From: Octopus sinensis
Taxonomy: Eukaryota
Direction: 5' to 3'
DNA: 64,000 nt
Assembly (NCBI RefSeq): GCF_006345805.1
Contig: NC_042997.1
Span: forward strand, 207,266,001-207,330,000
Part shown: piece by piece, positions 13,001-26,100 of the stretch
Position numbering within the stretch: the first letter of the stretch is position 1
How the letters are laid out: the number at the start of each line of letters is the position of its first letter
Translations under genes and position numbers: made by a program
Notes under the pieces: generated by a model
Databases searched by the model: none
What the model saw: the letters and a program-made list of their open reading frames with translations, nothing else
What the model was told of the DNA's origin: nothing

Positions 13001-13920
13001 CAGATTTGCCATCATCGCGGAGGCTAAAAAATCTCCTGTGGCACAGAGTTGCGATTTAGGGAAGCTACAGATCGTAGCTTTGGGCGTACACAGGTGGTAG
13101 GCCAGGACGTGTTCTAAAGTTGATTACGTCGTCACGCCGAGCTTTATCAGCAGCCAGATGGAATGTCCACACCTCGGTAAAGCCTGTAAACAACAGCCTG
13201 ATCAGCCTGGGTTTGGATTCCGGTCGGCCAAGGCGGGAAGCACTTTTTGGAGGGACAGAGCTGAGATCTCTAGCTGTGATTCCAATGAATGCCTGCAGAT
13301 CTGCCACATCTTCCGGCACTCCAATGGCTATTAATTCATGAGTGGCTGGTTCAGCAACTCCCTCGATGCGTTGAGGTTCTGTACGAGCTACAGGTAAGTT
13401 GCTGAGCAGGGCACTCCGATATGACCCTTCGCTGCGAGTTTTCAGACAGACACTGGTTCTGAGTCCTGCTACTTCACGACTCAAAGCCGAAATCATGTCT
13501 ATTTCTGCAAACTTCTGTGCTGATGGTCAATCTCTGTTAGTTAGGAAGCATCAGGGGAGGAGGGCATGGTGGTTTTTGTTCCTGCTGAGGTACTTCAGTG
13601 GAACGATCAATTTTTGTTGTCGAAGAGCAATAGGGGAGGAAAGAAGACCATAGGGGGTTTTAAAGTTTCTGTTTTTGTGTTCTTCAAATGAATGGCCGAT
13701 TTTTTGTTGCTGCTGTTGAAGAGACAGGGGAGGAAGACATGGGCGGCTTTAGTTTTTTGTTGTTGTCTTTATCAACAGAAATGGTTATTAGGAGACATAG
13801 TAGTCGTTTTAGTTGCTGTTCAGCAGCAATGGCAGAGGAAGACACGGTTGTCGGGTTTTGTTGTTGCTGTTCAGCAGCAACGGTGGCAGGGGACACACAA
13901 GTCAGGCACTGAATGACCAG
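10048..13920 (-). mobile_element. CR1/L2-group LINE, near full length, frameshifted (5' end may extend to about 15833)
   Basis: ORF1-like 13065..13496; APE 12244..12823 (INPDFITVTETW, YIVGDFNFPEIDW); RT 10371..11839 (YLDFAKAFNSV, GVPQGSVLGPLLF, YADD); 3'UTR matches 34845-35140. Confidence 0.9.
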
Positions 13921-14040
13921 GTTAGTAGCTGGACCATTCCCAGAGTTTATCCATCATAGAAGTATGGTGTCCTTTTTTAACAGCTGGGATCTTTTGAAAG
14001 TTTGTGGCTCATTGAAAGCAGATCGAAACACGACATTTAC

Positions 14041-14837
14041 TGGGTACTAGTCGTGGAGACTGGACCCGGTGCGCCCAGACGCGCAAGCCAGTTGTAGGTA
14101 GTCGATCCTACAGCGACTTGCGTATGCAAATGAGCTGATTGGTGCAACACTGCAAAAACTAAGTTAATAGCGAGCCCCTACTGAAGCTTAGGAAATATTT
14201 TTCAACGAAGTAATTTTACTGTAGGCTTCACCAGGAAAATCGGTGACTGGTGACAAGCCAACAACGTGGGGTCAGAATTTAGTTGCCAAGCAGATAGAGG
14301 AAGGGTAGTACAGTGACAGATCACAGACGAAGATAGCACTAATTGCTTCGTATGAAATGGTTCACTGTGTTAACTTATGAGGCTCGTGTCAACGACCAAG
14401 TCTCTTCAATGTAAACTTATAGTAACCAAATCCCCCCCCCCCCGTAGAAATAAAACATTTCTATGAAGTAAAGGGTTACTTTACGTCTGGTTAAAAATAA
14501 ACTCCTTTGATCGGGTCTGCACGACCAGGGCAGTCTTGGGACTGGGAACTGTTCAGCTGAAGTTAAAGACGAGAGTTCAGTTGGGTCTTTGGAGAAACTG
14601 AAGTGGTCTACTTTGAAAAAAAAAAATGTTTGACTGTCCTTAAGGTTGTTTTGCGCAATTGTCTTTAAAATAATATACCCCGTATATCGGTGAAAAATAT
14701 TTCCTAAGCTTCAGTAGGGGCTCGCTATTGTTGCACCAATCAGCTCATTTGCATACGCAAGTCGCTGTAAGATCGACTACCTACGACTGGCTAGCGCGGA
14801 TGCGCGCACCGGGTCCAGTCTCCACGACTAGTACCCA
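14041..14837. mobile_element. MITE with about 150-170 bp terminal inverted repeats
   Basis: The left arm TGGGTACTAGTCGTGGAGACTGGACCCGGTGCGC...GGAAATATTTTTCA is the reverse complement of about 14690-14837; the interior is non-coding. Confidence 0.85.
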
Positions 14838-15060
14838 ATTACTGCATTCAACCCATCTATTTCGGAAGGAATTTTCGAGTCCTGTGCATAGATGACAGAT
14901 GTGATTTGTTGGGCAACGCTCTATATTGGGACAGCGACCAGTTTTGTCGCATGGCTCATCCACGGATGACAACGTGACAGTTTTGTTCTGTCTGCCCATC
15001 CGTACCGTAGTACAAAAGGTAAAGAAAGAAAGAAAGAAAGAAAGAAAAAACTGAAGATAT

Positions 15061-15357
15061 AGCACTTGTTAGGGAGATAAATAAGATGTTATTATTTGTT
15101 GTTGTTATTGCTGTTAACTGTTTTCACTTTCCCCATTGTATGTGTGTATACAAGATGCAATTATATGTGTAATCAAGAGATGTAAGGAGTCAATGGTTGG
15201 TGTGTTTATAATGCACGCACTTGTTAGGGAGATAAATAAATAAATAATATCTTATTTTTCGTTGTTAACCGTTCCCGCTTCTCTCATTGTATGTGTGTGA
15301 ATAAAAAGATACAATTAGATGTGCAATCAAAAGATGTAAGGATACAATGGTTGGTGA
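15061..15357. repeat. Diverged direct tandem duplication of about 155 bp
   Basis: The block GCACTTGTTAGGGAGATAAATAA...CATTGTATGTGTGT...GATGTAAGGA..CAATGGTTGGTG occurs twice. Confidence 0.7.
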
Positions 15358-15833
15358 AGAAAAAAGTACGATTTAAATTCGCTTTGTGTATATATTTGTG
15401 TGCGGGGCGTGCTGATATAAAACTGTGTGTATGGGTGTTCTAGAAAAAACTGTGTGTATGGTTTCTCTAGAACTAGGGGTGTACTTACAGTTATCATTTT
15501 CGAAGTAGAATGGCGCATTTTCGATCGTGGTTGCTACACATGGTAACACAGATTTACGACAAGGAGACACAGTTATTTTCTTTTTGTGGAGTCATTAACG
15601 GTACTGTTCCAATATCCAAGGAGTGTATATATAAATATATATATATATACTGATACTTATCTAGTTTTCCAAAGAGATGGGTATTTCCAAGGCAGAGGAA
15701 GATTTTGAACTTCTTTTCAAGTTAAAGTGATGTATACATGTATATATTTTGTTCTTCCCTTCTATATATTTCAGATGGTCTTTCTTTAAATATGTCTTGT
15801 TACGCTTTCATTCAAAAGTTGTTCGGATGATGA

Positions 15834-16055
15834 TTTTTAATAAATTTTATTCAACAAAAAGGATAACAAGTAACAAAAATATTTCTAAATGATTATTCCG
15901 GAGAATTTTATCCAACTACTTCAATTATTGCGTCTCATTTGCTTGGCAGCTGGTCAGAATAATCATTTAAAGATGTTTTTGTTAAATATTTTTATTGTTT
16001 TTGTTGAATAAAATTTATTGCAAAACAGCCGCAATAATTATGCACCAACCCAATA
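15834..16055. mobile_element. Mariner-type MITE, body and right arm
   Basis: AT-rich palindrome AATAAATTTTATTCAACAAAAA...TTTTTGTTGAATAAAATTTATT ending in a mariner-like TIR plus TA. Confidence 0.7.
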
Positions 16056-16382
16056 CTTCTTGTAGTCATATAGAGAACATGTCTCACATTAGTATCTGTT
16101 TTGGATATGATTTGATTGGTCGACGTTGACCACATCATCAGGTTTTAGCAACATTTGTAAGTTCTCCACTACATCTGTTCTTAGATGTCATGTGACAATC
16201 TGCTCTGCATCATTAGTGAAAGCTGTCCTGGTTGAGTGATCATGTCTAGTGACAATCTCTAGCAATCAGGGCTGTCTGAATTATAGTGATCAATAAACTT
16301 CCTCAGATATTCCATCTTCTGTCTCTCTCATTAACTAAACACTGAGCAACTGCCAAGTGTATACCATAGGATTTATTAATTA

Positions 16383-16545
16383 GGTGCAGGAGTGACTGTG
16401 TGGTAAGAAGATTGCTTTCCAACAACATGGTTCCAGGTTCAGTCCCACTGTGTGGCACCTTGGGCAAGTGTCTTCTACTCAGGCCGATCAAAGCCTTGTG
16501 AATAGATTTGGTAGATGGAAACTGAAAGAAGATCGTTGTATATAT
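16383..16545 (+). mobile_element. tRNA-derived SINE with a CORE-like central motif, 5' half
   Basis: GGTGCAGGAGTGACTGTGTGGTAAG head, GGTTCAGTCCCAC B-box-like motif and CACCTTGGGCAAGTGTCTT; matches 29.8-30.15 kb and 60.3 kb. Confidence 0.75.
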
Positions 16546-16548
16546 ATA

Positions 16549-19500
16549 TCATCATCATCATCGTTGTTGAACGTCCACTTTCCATGTTGGCAGGAGTTGA
16601 ATGTTTGATTGAGGGCTGGAGGCTCCAGTCTGATCTGGCAGTGTTTCTATAGCTGGATACCCTTCCTAATGCCAACCACTCTGAGAGTATAGTAGGTGCT
16701 TTTTACATGCCACTGGCACAAGGGTCAGTCAGGCAGTACTGGCTTCGACCGTGCTTGAATTTTGCTTTTTATGTGCCTCCGGTACTGGCAACGATCATGC
16801 TCAAGTGGTGCTTTTTACATGCCACCAGCACAGAACCACTCAGGCAGTACTGGCATTGACCACATTCAAATGGTGCTTTTTACATGCTACCAGTACAGGT
16901 GCTAATCAGGGAGTACTGTCATGACAATGACCTCACTCAACAGATCTTCAAAAGCACAATTTATTGAAGGGTACTTTTAGATGGGCCGGTTATGCTGCAC
17001 TGGCATAGGCCACCTGGCTTGCCAGGTCTTCTCAAGCGCAGCATATCTCCTTTGGTCCTGGTCACTTATCATCTCTGTGTGAGGACCAGCATTTGAAGGT
17101 CATGCTTCACCACTTCATCTCAGGACTTCCTGTGTCTACCTCTTACACAGGTTCCCTCTAATGCTAGGGTGTGACAATTTTTCACCCAGCTGTTCTCATC
17201 CATATGCAACACATTACCATTCCAGCGCAGTCGTCTCTCTTGCACACCACATCTCATGCTTCTTAGGTCTAACATTTCTCTCAAGGTACCTACAATCTGT
17301 CGTGTATGCACACTGACATTACATGTCCAGCAGAGTATACTAGCTTCATTTCTTTCAAGCCTACACATATCCTCAGCAGTCACAGCCCATGTTTCACTGC
17401 CATGTAGCATGGCTGTTTGTACACATACATCATACAGTCTACTTTTTACTCTGAGTGAGAGACCCTTTGTCACCACCAGAGGTAAGAGCTCTCTGAACTT
17501 TGCCCAGGCTATCCTTACTCTAGCAGCTTCACTTTCAGAGCATCTACCCCTGCTACTGACTTAATCACCTAGGTAACACAAGCTATCAATGTGACAGCAG
17601 CTGTTTTCTGCACATTTTCAGTGTTTATTGCCACACACAAAAAATATCTTCCTTCAATATTGCTGCACCTCTTATGTGTCCGTAGCTTACACTGAATACG
17701 TCTTATGGAGTTTCTACCTACACCTCTACTACAGATCGAGCAGAGCCATCTACCTGAGGGGATCTGTGATTTGTCTGCCTTCCTACTTATTAAAAGTTTG
17801 GTTTTTGCTAGATTGACTCTCAGGCCCTTCGATTCTAGACCTTGCTTCCACACTTGAAAGTTCTCCTCTAGTTCTGATAGTGACTCAGCAATTAGAGCAA
17901 GGTCACCAGCATAGAGGAGCTCCAGGGGCATCCTGTCTCGAATTCCTCTGTTATTGCCTGGTGGACTATGATGAATAAGAGGGGGCTGAGCACTGATCCT
18001 TGGTGGATCCCTACTTCTACACAGAATTCTTCACTGTAGTCGTTGCCAACCCTTACCTTCCTGACAACATCCCTGTACATGGCTTGTACAGCTCTCACTA
18101 ACCATTCATCTATCCCTAGTTTCCACATTGAGCGCCATATAAGGGATTGGGAAATCCTGTCAAAGGCTTTCTCCATATCAGCGAAAGCCAGGTACAGGGG
18201 CTTATCTTTGGCTAGGTATTTCTCCTCCAATTTCTCTACCAGAAATATAGCACCAGTGGTGCTTTTCCCTGGCACAAACCCAAACTGCATCTTGTCTAGA
18301 CTGACACTCTTTCTCCCATTCATTCTCTTCATTTAGCAACCTTTCATATTGGTGTCTCCAAGTCTCTCTCTTTTCAGCCTCATTAAATGCAAGTAAGCCA
18401 TCATCCATGTGGACACATTTCTCTCCTACCACATCACGATTCTCTCTCGCACACTGTCTTGCAACACAAAATGCTTCAAGTCTTTGGTCCTCATGACACA
18501 GAACATTGGCAAATTTTTCTCTTATCTGCTTCCCCTCTGGCTAAGTAAACCTGCCTCCTAGCTTCTCTTCTGGCAATCCGATACAATTCCCTGCTACCAC
18601 CGTTCTTCCAGTCCTTCCAAGCCTGTTTCTTTTCCCTAATGGCCTTGTCAACTACATTGTTCCACCATCACATTACCTTGGGTCAAGAGGGGACTTTGAA
18701 CCATCCACAGATCTGGTCAGTAGCCCTCAACAGATTGTCCCATAGAAACCTCCAGTTGTCTTCCACATTATGTGATGCTATATCCTCCTCTATTTTGTCA
18801 AACGCTTCGAGAAATATGTCTCTAAATCTCTGTTCATTCACAGGATCCTTAAGCTTCCAGACCATTCTTTTCCAAGCTGGTCATCTTCTGGCCATCCATT
18901 TAGCCTTGATCCTGAAGTTGCTAACTACTAATCTATGTTGTGGAGTGCATTCTTCACCTGGGAAGGTTTTGGTATTAATAAGTAGCCATCTTTCTCATTT
19001 CCTGGCAAGGATGTAGTCACTCTTGATCAATTACATCTGCCCAACCAGGAGGTGAATTGGTTACTGGTAGGTTTCCTGAGGTTAGTATTGCAAACCATAA
19101 GATCATTTGCATCACAGAACTCCAACAGCCTAGTTCCCTCAGCACTACAGGAACCAGAACCATAGCCACCATGTATGCAATAGAAGCCCCCTGCATGTTG
19201 TCCAACATTGAAGTTGCCAGCCACAAAGAGGGGATCCCTGTCATTCATCAATGCAGTAGTCTGCAAGGATGTGTCATAAAATTGGTCTTTCTGTTCATCA
19301 GGTAGCCCTGACTGAGGGGCATAAGCTGAGATAATGGTTGCTAATCCATGATGAAACACTAATCTAATCCCAAGTATTCTATCACAGACTCTGACTACCT
19401 CGATTACCTTATCAACCCATTTCTCTGCAAGAAGTATACTCACACCCCTGACCCCGTCAGTATTCCTTGCCCAGAAAATCTTACACCTGTGTTCTTTGCC

Positions 19501-19620
19501 TGTGAGGAACCTAGCAGAACTTCCTCTCCACCTTACTTCTTGGATGCAGCACGAATCTACACATCTCCGTTCAAGCATCTCAACAATCTCCCTAGACCTA
19601 CCTTTCAGTGTGCCAATGTT
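16549..19620 (-). mobile_element. RTE LINE, near full length, degraded
   Basis: (CAT)n tail; RT ORFs 17120..18432; APE ORF 19027..19578 (CCIQEVRWRG, FVAGNFN). Confidence 0.9.
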
Positions 19621-19624
19621 GAGG

Positions 19625-19740
19625 GTGTGTGTGTTTGTGTGCTTGACAACCAGCGTTGGTGTGTTTACGTCTCCGTAACTTAGTGGTTCTGCAAAAGAGA
19701 CCGATAAAATAAGTACTAGGCTTACAAAGAATAAGTTTCT
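19625..19740 (+). mobile_element. SINE 3' fragment
   Basis: GCTTGACAACC...GTGTGTTTACGTC.CCGT.ACTTAG.GGTTC...GAGACCGAT.AAATAAGTACT matches the SINE at 29.8 kb. Confidence 0.65.
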
Positions 19741-20284
19741 GCCTTCACTCTCTCTGTCTCTATCTCTCTCTTTCGATTACCACTCGAGTCGCCAGGACTT
19801 CCTACTTCCTCTCCACCACCACTCTGTATAAACCAGCACATGCATGATAGCTTGCTATTTCGATTTCAATACCTTGGCTGTAAAATACGAACCCAAAGGA
19901 TGACGTCTTTCAGATGAGAATTTTTTAAACTTCAACCCGTTTTAACTACCTTGTGTTTCTGCACACTTGATTAACCCTTATTAGTTATCTCTATTCTGTT
20001 CATTATTCTGCCTATTTCATTACCATGTCATCATGTAAATATATTGCTCTATAGTTTCGTCTTCCTTGTTGTTGCCTTAAGATAACCTTAGTTCACGCAT
20101 TTCCTTAACCGCAACATATTCATTCATTCATCTATGAAAGTTTATCACACAGTCACTTATTTCTCTAATTTTGTCTTAGACTGGCTCTCAGATTCTTCAA
20201 TTCTATTAACTATTATCAACATTTGCTGTCTTGTTAAATTATGCTACACAAATCCCAAAAGAATGTTTTCTCCCTCGTGTCCTG

Positions 20285-20455
20285 ACCCCTCCCTCTCTGT
20301 GCCTCACTCTGTCTCTCTCTCTCTCTCGGCCTCACTCTGTCTCTCTCTCTCTGTGCCTCACTCTGTCTCTCTCTCTCTGTGCCTCACTCTGTCTCGGCCT
20401 CACTCTGTCTCTCTCTCTCTCTCTCTGTGCCTCACTCGTCTCTCTCTCAGCCTCA

Positions 20456-20491
<36 letters not shown>

Positions 20492-22820
20492 ACTCTGCTC
20501 TCACTCTGTCTCTCTCTCTCTCTCGCCTCACTCTGTCTCTCTCTCTCTCTCTGGCCTCACTCTGTCTCTCTCTCTCTCGCTCTCTGTGGCCTATACCCTC
20601 TCTCTCTCTCTCTGTGGTGCCTCTCTCACTCTCTCTCTTCTCTCTCTGTGCCTCACTCTGTCTCTCCCTCTCTCTCTCTCTCGCGCCTCACTCTGTCTCT
20701 CTCTCTCTCTGTGCCTCACTCTGTCTCTCTCTCAAGCTCCGTCTCTCTCTCTCGGCCTCACTCTCTCTCTCTCTCTCTCTGTGCCTCACTCTGTCTCTCT
20801 CTCTCTGTGCCTCACTCTGTCTCTCTCTCTCTGTGCCTCACTCTGTCTCTCTCTCTCTGTGCCTCACTCTCTCTCTCTCTCAGCCTCACTCTGTCTCTCT
20901 CTCTCTCTGTGCCTCACTCTGTCTCTCTCTCTTGGCCTCACTTTGTCTCTCTCTCTCTCAGCCTCACTCTGTCTCTCTCTCTCTGTGCCTCACTCTGTTT
21001 CTCTCTCTCTGTGCCTCACTCTGTCTCTCTCTCTCTGTGCCTCACTCTGTCTCTCTCTCTGTGTGCCTCACTCTGTCTCGGCCTCACTCTGTCCCTCTCT
21101 CTCTCTCTGTCCCTCACTCTGTCTCTCTCTCTCTCTCGGCCTCACTCTGTCTCTCTCTCTCTCTCTCTGTGCCTCACTCTGTCTCTCTCTCTCTCTGTGC
21201 CTCACTCTCTCTCTCTCTCTCTCTGTGGCCTCACTCTGTCTCCCTCTCTCTCGGCCTCACTCTGTCTCTCTCTCTCTGTGCCTCACTCTGTCTCTCTCTC
21301 AGCCTCCGTCTCTCTCTCTCGGCCTCACTCTCTCTCTCTCTCTCTCTGTGCCTCACTCTGTCTCTCTCTCTCTGTGCCTCACTCTGTCTCTCTCTCTCTG
21401 TGCCTCAATCTCTGTTCTCTCTCTGTGTGCCTCACTCTCTCTCTCTCTCAGCCTCACTCTGTCTCTCTCTCTCTGTGCCTCACTCTGTCTCTCTCTCTTG
21501 GCCTCACTTTGTCTCTCTCTCTCTCAGCCTCACTCTGTCTCTGTCTCTCTGTGCCTCACTCTGTTTCTCTCTCTCTGTGCCTCACTCTGTCTCTCTCTCT
21601 CTGTGCCTCACTCTGTCTCTCTCTCTCTGTGCCTCACTCTGTTTCTCTCTCTCTCTCTGTCCCTCACTCTGTCTCTCTCTCAGCCTCACTCTGTCTCTCT
21701 CTCAGCCTCACTCTGTCTCTCTCTCTCTCGGCCTCAATCTGTCTCTCTCTCTCTGTGCCTCACTCTGTCTCTCTCTCTCTCGGCCTCACCCTGTCTCTCT
21801 CTCTCTGTGCCTCACTCTGTCTCTCTCTCTCTCTCTGTGCCTCACTCTGTCTCTCTCTCTGTGCCTCACTCTGTCTCTCTCTCAGCTTCACTCTGTCTCT
21901 CTCTCTCTCTCTGCCTCACTCTGGTCTCTCTCTCTCTGTGCCTCACTCTGTCTCTCTCTCGTTGCCTCACTCTGTCTCTCTCTCTCTATGTGCCTCACTC
22001 TGTCTCTCTCTCAGCCCACTTGTCTCTCTCTCAGCCTCACTCTGTCTCTCTCTCGGCCTCACTCGTCTCTCTCTCTCTCTCTCGGCTCATTCTGTCTCTC
22101 TCTCTCTGTGTGCCTCACTCTGTCTCTCTCTCTCTCGGCCTCACCCTGTCTCTCTCTCTCTGTGCCTCACTTCTGTCTCTCTCTCTCTCTCTGTGCCTCA
22201 CCCTGTCTCTCTCTCTCTCTGTGCTTTCACTCTGCTCTCTCTCTCTCTCTCCGTGCCTCACTCTGTTCCCTCTCTGTGCCTCACTCTGTCTCCTCTCAGC
22301 TTCACTCGTCTCTCTCTCTCTCTCTGCCTCACTCTGTCCTCTCTCATCTTGTGCCTCACTCTGTCTCTCTCTGTGCCTCACTCTGTCTCTCTCTCTCTCT
22401 GTGCCTCACTCTGTCTCTCTCTCTCAGCCTCACTCTGTCTCTCTCTCTGTCCCTCACTCTGTCTCTCTCTCAGCCTCACTCTGTCTCTCTCTCGGCCTCA
22501 CTCTGTCTCTCTCTCTCTCGGCCTCACTCTGTCTCTCTCTCTCTGTGCCTCACTCTGTCTCTCTCTCTCTCTGCCTCACTCTCTCTCTCTCTCTCTCTCT
22601 GTGCCTCACTCTGTCTCTCTCTCTCAGCCTCACTCTGTCTCTCTCTCAGCCTCACTCTGTCTCTCTCTCTCTCTGTGCCTCACTCTGTCTCTCTCTCTTG
22701 GCCTCACTTTGTCTCTCTCTCAACCTCACTTTGTCTCTCTCTCTCTCGGCCTCACTCTGTCTCTCTCTCCCTCGGCCTCATTCTGTCTCTCTCTCTCGGC
22801 CTCACTCTTCCTCTCTCTCG
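20285..22820. repeat. Compound CT minisatellite: GCCTCACTCTGT core plus variable (CT)n
   Basis: About 2.5 kb, almost purely pyrimidine on the + strand, roughly 100 units by estimate. Confidence 0.95.
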
Positions 22821-23149
22821 ATTACCACTAGCTTCGCCAAGACTTCCTCTACCACCACTCGGATTCCCCTACTCACTTTTTAATACCTCTACTGAAAGAA
22901 AACGTATCCAGAAGATGCTCTCATCCATGTTTGCTAGTTTGCGGTGCACCCGGCCCTCCACCCCATCCACCTGTACCGGAAGTCCCTATTTTTTGTCATC
23001 CTTTGGTTGCCTCCCATGAACACTTCTAAAGGCTTTATGTCATCTCCACCCCCTACTATACAAGGTAGTGATCATATAGTGCAAAAATATGATAGTGTAC
23101 GCAGGTGGAACTTAAGGCTATTGTTTGTTTATGAATTCTGCCAAATGTG

Positions 23150-26100
23150 AGCTCTCTTTTCAGGTACGTGATGCTACTGTCCCCCATCCCAGGGTCTCAA
23201 GGGCCCATACCTCCCATACCCTCAGGGTTGGCACTCTCAATGTTAGCAAACTGAAAGGTAGGTCTGGTGAGATTGTTGAGATGCTTGAATGGAGATGTGT
23301 TGATATGTGCTGCATCCAAGAAGTAAGATGGAGAGGAGGTTCTGCTAGGTACCTCGCAGGCAAAGAACATAGGTACAAGGTTTTCTGGGCTGGGAACACC
23401 GATGGGGTCGGGGGCGTGGGTATACTTTTTGCAGGAAAATGGGTAGATAAGTTAATTGAGGTAGTCAGAGGATGTGACAGAATACTTAAGATTAGATTAG
23501 TGCTTCATCATGGCTTAGTAACCATTATCTCGGCCTATGCCCCTCAGCCAGGGCTACCTGATGGGCAGAAAGACCGATTTTATGACACCCTCTTGCAGGC
23601 TACCTCATTGACAAATGACAGGGACCTTCTCTTTGTGGCTGGTGACTTCAATGGACATGTTGGACAACAAGCCAGGGGCTTCCATGGCATACATGGAGGC
23701 TACGGTTTTGGTTTCTGCAATGAGGAGAGAACCAGCCTGCTGGAGTTCTGTGATGCAAATGATCTTATGGTTTGCAATACTAACCTCAGAAAACCTGCCA
23801 GTCACCTAGTCACCTATTGTTCTGGCGGACACACTAGCCAAATTGACCACATCCTTGCCAGGAAACAAGAAAGATGGCTGTTTATAAATGCCAAAACCAT
23901 CCCAGGCGAAGAATGTACCCCACAACATAGACTGGTAGTTAGTGACTTTAGGATCAGGGCTAAGTAGATGCCCAGAAGATGACCAGCATAGAGGAGAAGG
24001 GTCTGGAAGCTTAAAGATCCTGCTAATGGACAGAGATTTAGAGACATATTACTTGAAGCCTTTAACGAAATAGAAGGGGATATAGCTTCACATGGTGTAG
24101 AAGACAACTGGAGGTTTCTACAGGACAAACTGCTAAGGGCCACCGACCAGCTCTGTGGGTGATGCAAAGCCCCCTCTCAACCCAAAATAACGTGGTGGTT
24201 GAACAATGTAGTTGACAGGGCTATTAGACAAAAGAAACAGGCTTGGAAGGACTGGAAGAACGGTGGTAGCAGGGAAGTGTATCAGACTGCCAGAAGGGAA
24301 GCTAGGAGGCAGGTGTATTTAGCCAGAGGGGAAGCAGATAAGAAAAAATTTGCCAATGTTCTGCGCTGTAAAGACCAAAGACTCAAGGTATTTCGTGTTG
24401 CAAGACAGTGTGTGAGAGAGAATCATGATGTGGTAGGAGAGAAATGTGTTCGCATGGATGATGGTTCACTTGCGCTAAATGAGGATACAAAGAGAGAGGT
24501 TTGAAGATGCCACTATGAAAGGTTGCTGAATAAAAAAAATGCATGGGATAAAGAGAGTCCGCCGAATATCGACCCCACAGAGGGACCAGCTATCCGAATT
24601 GACAGTACCTTGGTAGATAAGACAATTAGAAGTATGAAGACAGGGAAAGCCCTATGGTCTATCAGGAATTACTGCAGAGATGCTCAAAATATCTGGCAGT
24701 GTCAGCTATAGCCTAGTCACCCGTATAGTTAACCAGGGGATACATGAAGGAGTCATACCCAATGACTGGTGTAGCAGCATACTAGTCAACTGCTACAAAG
24801 GTAAAGGTGATGCCCTAGATACAAATAATCACAGAGGTATCAAGCTGTTGGATCAGGTGATGAAGGTCACAGAGAGGGTCATAGCCCAACTAATTAGGGA
24901 GAGAGTCAGTTTGGATGAGATGCAGTTTTGTTTTGTGCCAGGAAAAAGCACCACTGATGCTATATTCCTGGTAAGACAGCTGCAGGAGAAATACCTAGCC
25001 AAAGATAAACCACTGTACCTGGCTTTCATTGATATGGAGAAAGCCTTTGACAGGGTCCCCCAATCACTTATCTGATGGTCATTGAGGAAACTAGGGATAG
25101 ATGAATGGTTAGTGAGAGCTGTGCAGGCCATGTATAGGGATGTTGTCAGTAAGGTGAGGGTTGGCAATGAGTACACTGAAGAATTCAGGGTAGAGGTAGG
25201 GGTCCACCAGGGTTCAGTCCTCAGCCCCCTCCTATTTATCATAGTTCTCCAGGCAATAACAGAGGAATTCAAGACAGGATACCCCTGGGAGCTCCTCTAT
25301 GCTGATGACCTTGCTCTAATTGCTGAGTCACTATCAGAACTAGAGTTGAAGTTTCAAGTGTGGAAACAAGGATTAGAATCGAAGGGCCTTAGGGTCAACC
25401 TAGCTAAAACAAAAGTCCTAATAAGTAGGGAGGTAGACAAACCACAGATCACTTCAGGTAGATAGCCCTGCTCGATCTGTACTAGAGGCATAGGTAGAAA
25501 CTCTATAAGATGTACCCAGTGTAAGCTATGGACACAAGAGGCGCAGTAATATCAAAAAGGAAGACTAACTGGGAGGATAGTTTTTGTATGTGGCAGATGC
25601 TCAGGAGCAATAAACACTGAAAATGTGCAGAGAACAACTTCTACCACATTCCATGGAGAAAAACTAGAAGTAGTTGATAGCTTCCGTTACCTAGATGACC
25701 AAGTCAGTAGCGGGGATGGGTGTGCTGAAAGTGTAGCTGCTAGAATAAGAATAGCTTGGGCAAAGTTCAGAGAGCTCTTACCCCTGCTGGTGACAAAAGG
25801 CCTCTCGCTCAGAGTAAAAGGTAGACTGTATGACACATGTGTATGAACAGCCATACTACTTGGCAGTGAAACATGAACCGGGACTGCTGAGGATATGCGT
25901 AAGCTCGCAAGGAATGAAGCCAGTATGCTCTGATGGATGTGTAATGTCAGTGTGCATAATCGACAGAGTGTAGGTACCTGGGGAGAAAAGTTAGACCTAA
26001 GAAGCATCAGTTGTGGTGTGCAAGAGAGACGACTGTGCTGGTATGGTCATGTGATGAGAATAGCTGAAGATAGTTGTGTGAAAAAGTGCCACACCCTAGC

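Noticed and set aside
15775-15830. Possible acceptor TTTCAG/ATGGTC as the missing PARP exon
   Set aside because: No frame gives YGxGxYF or another ART motif, and stops follow quickly.
20134-23019. 961-, 866- and 834-aa Ser/Leu-rich ORFs
   Set aside because: A C/T-only repeat cannot form stop codons; all three frames are open, so the ORFs are compositional.
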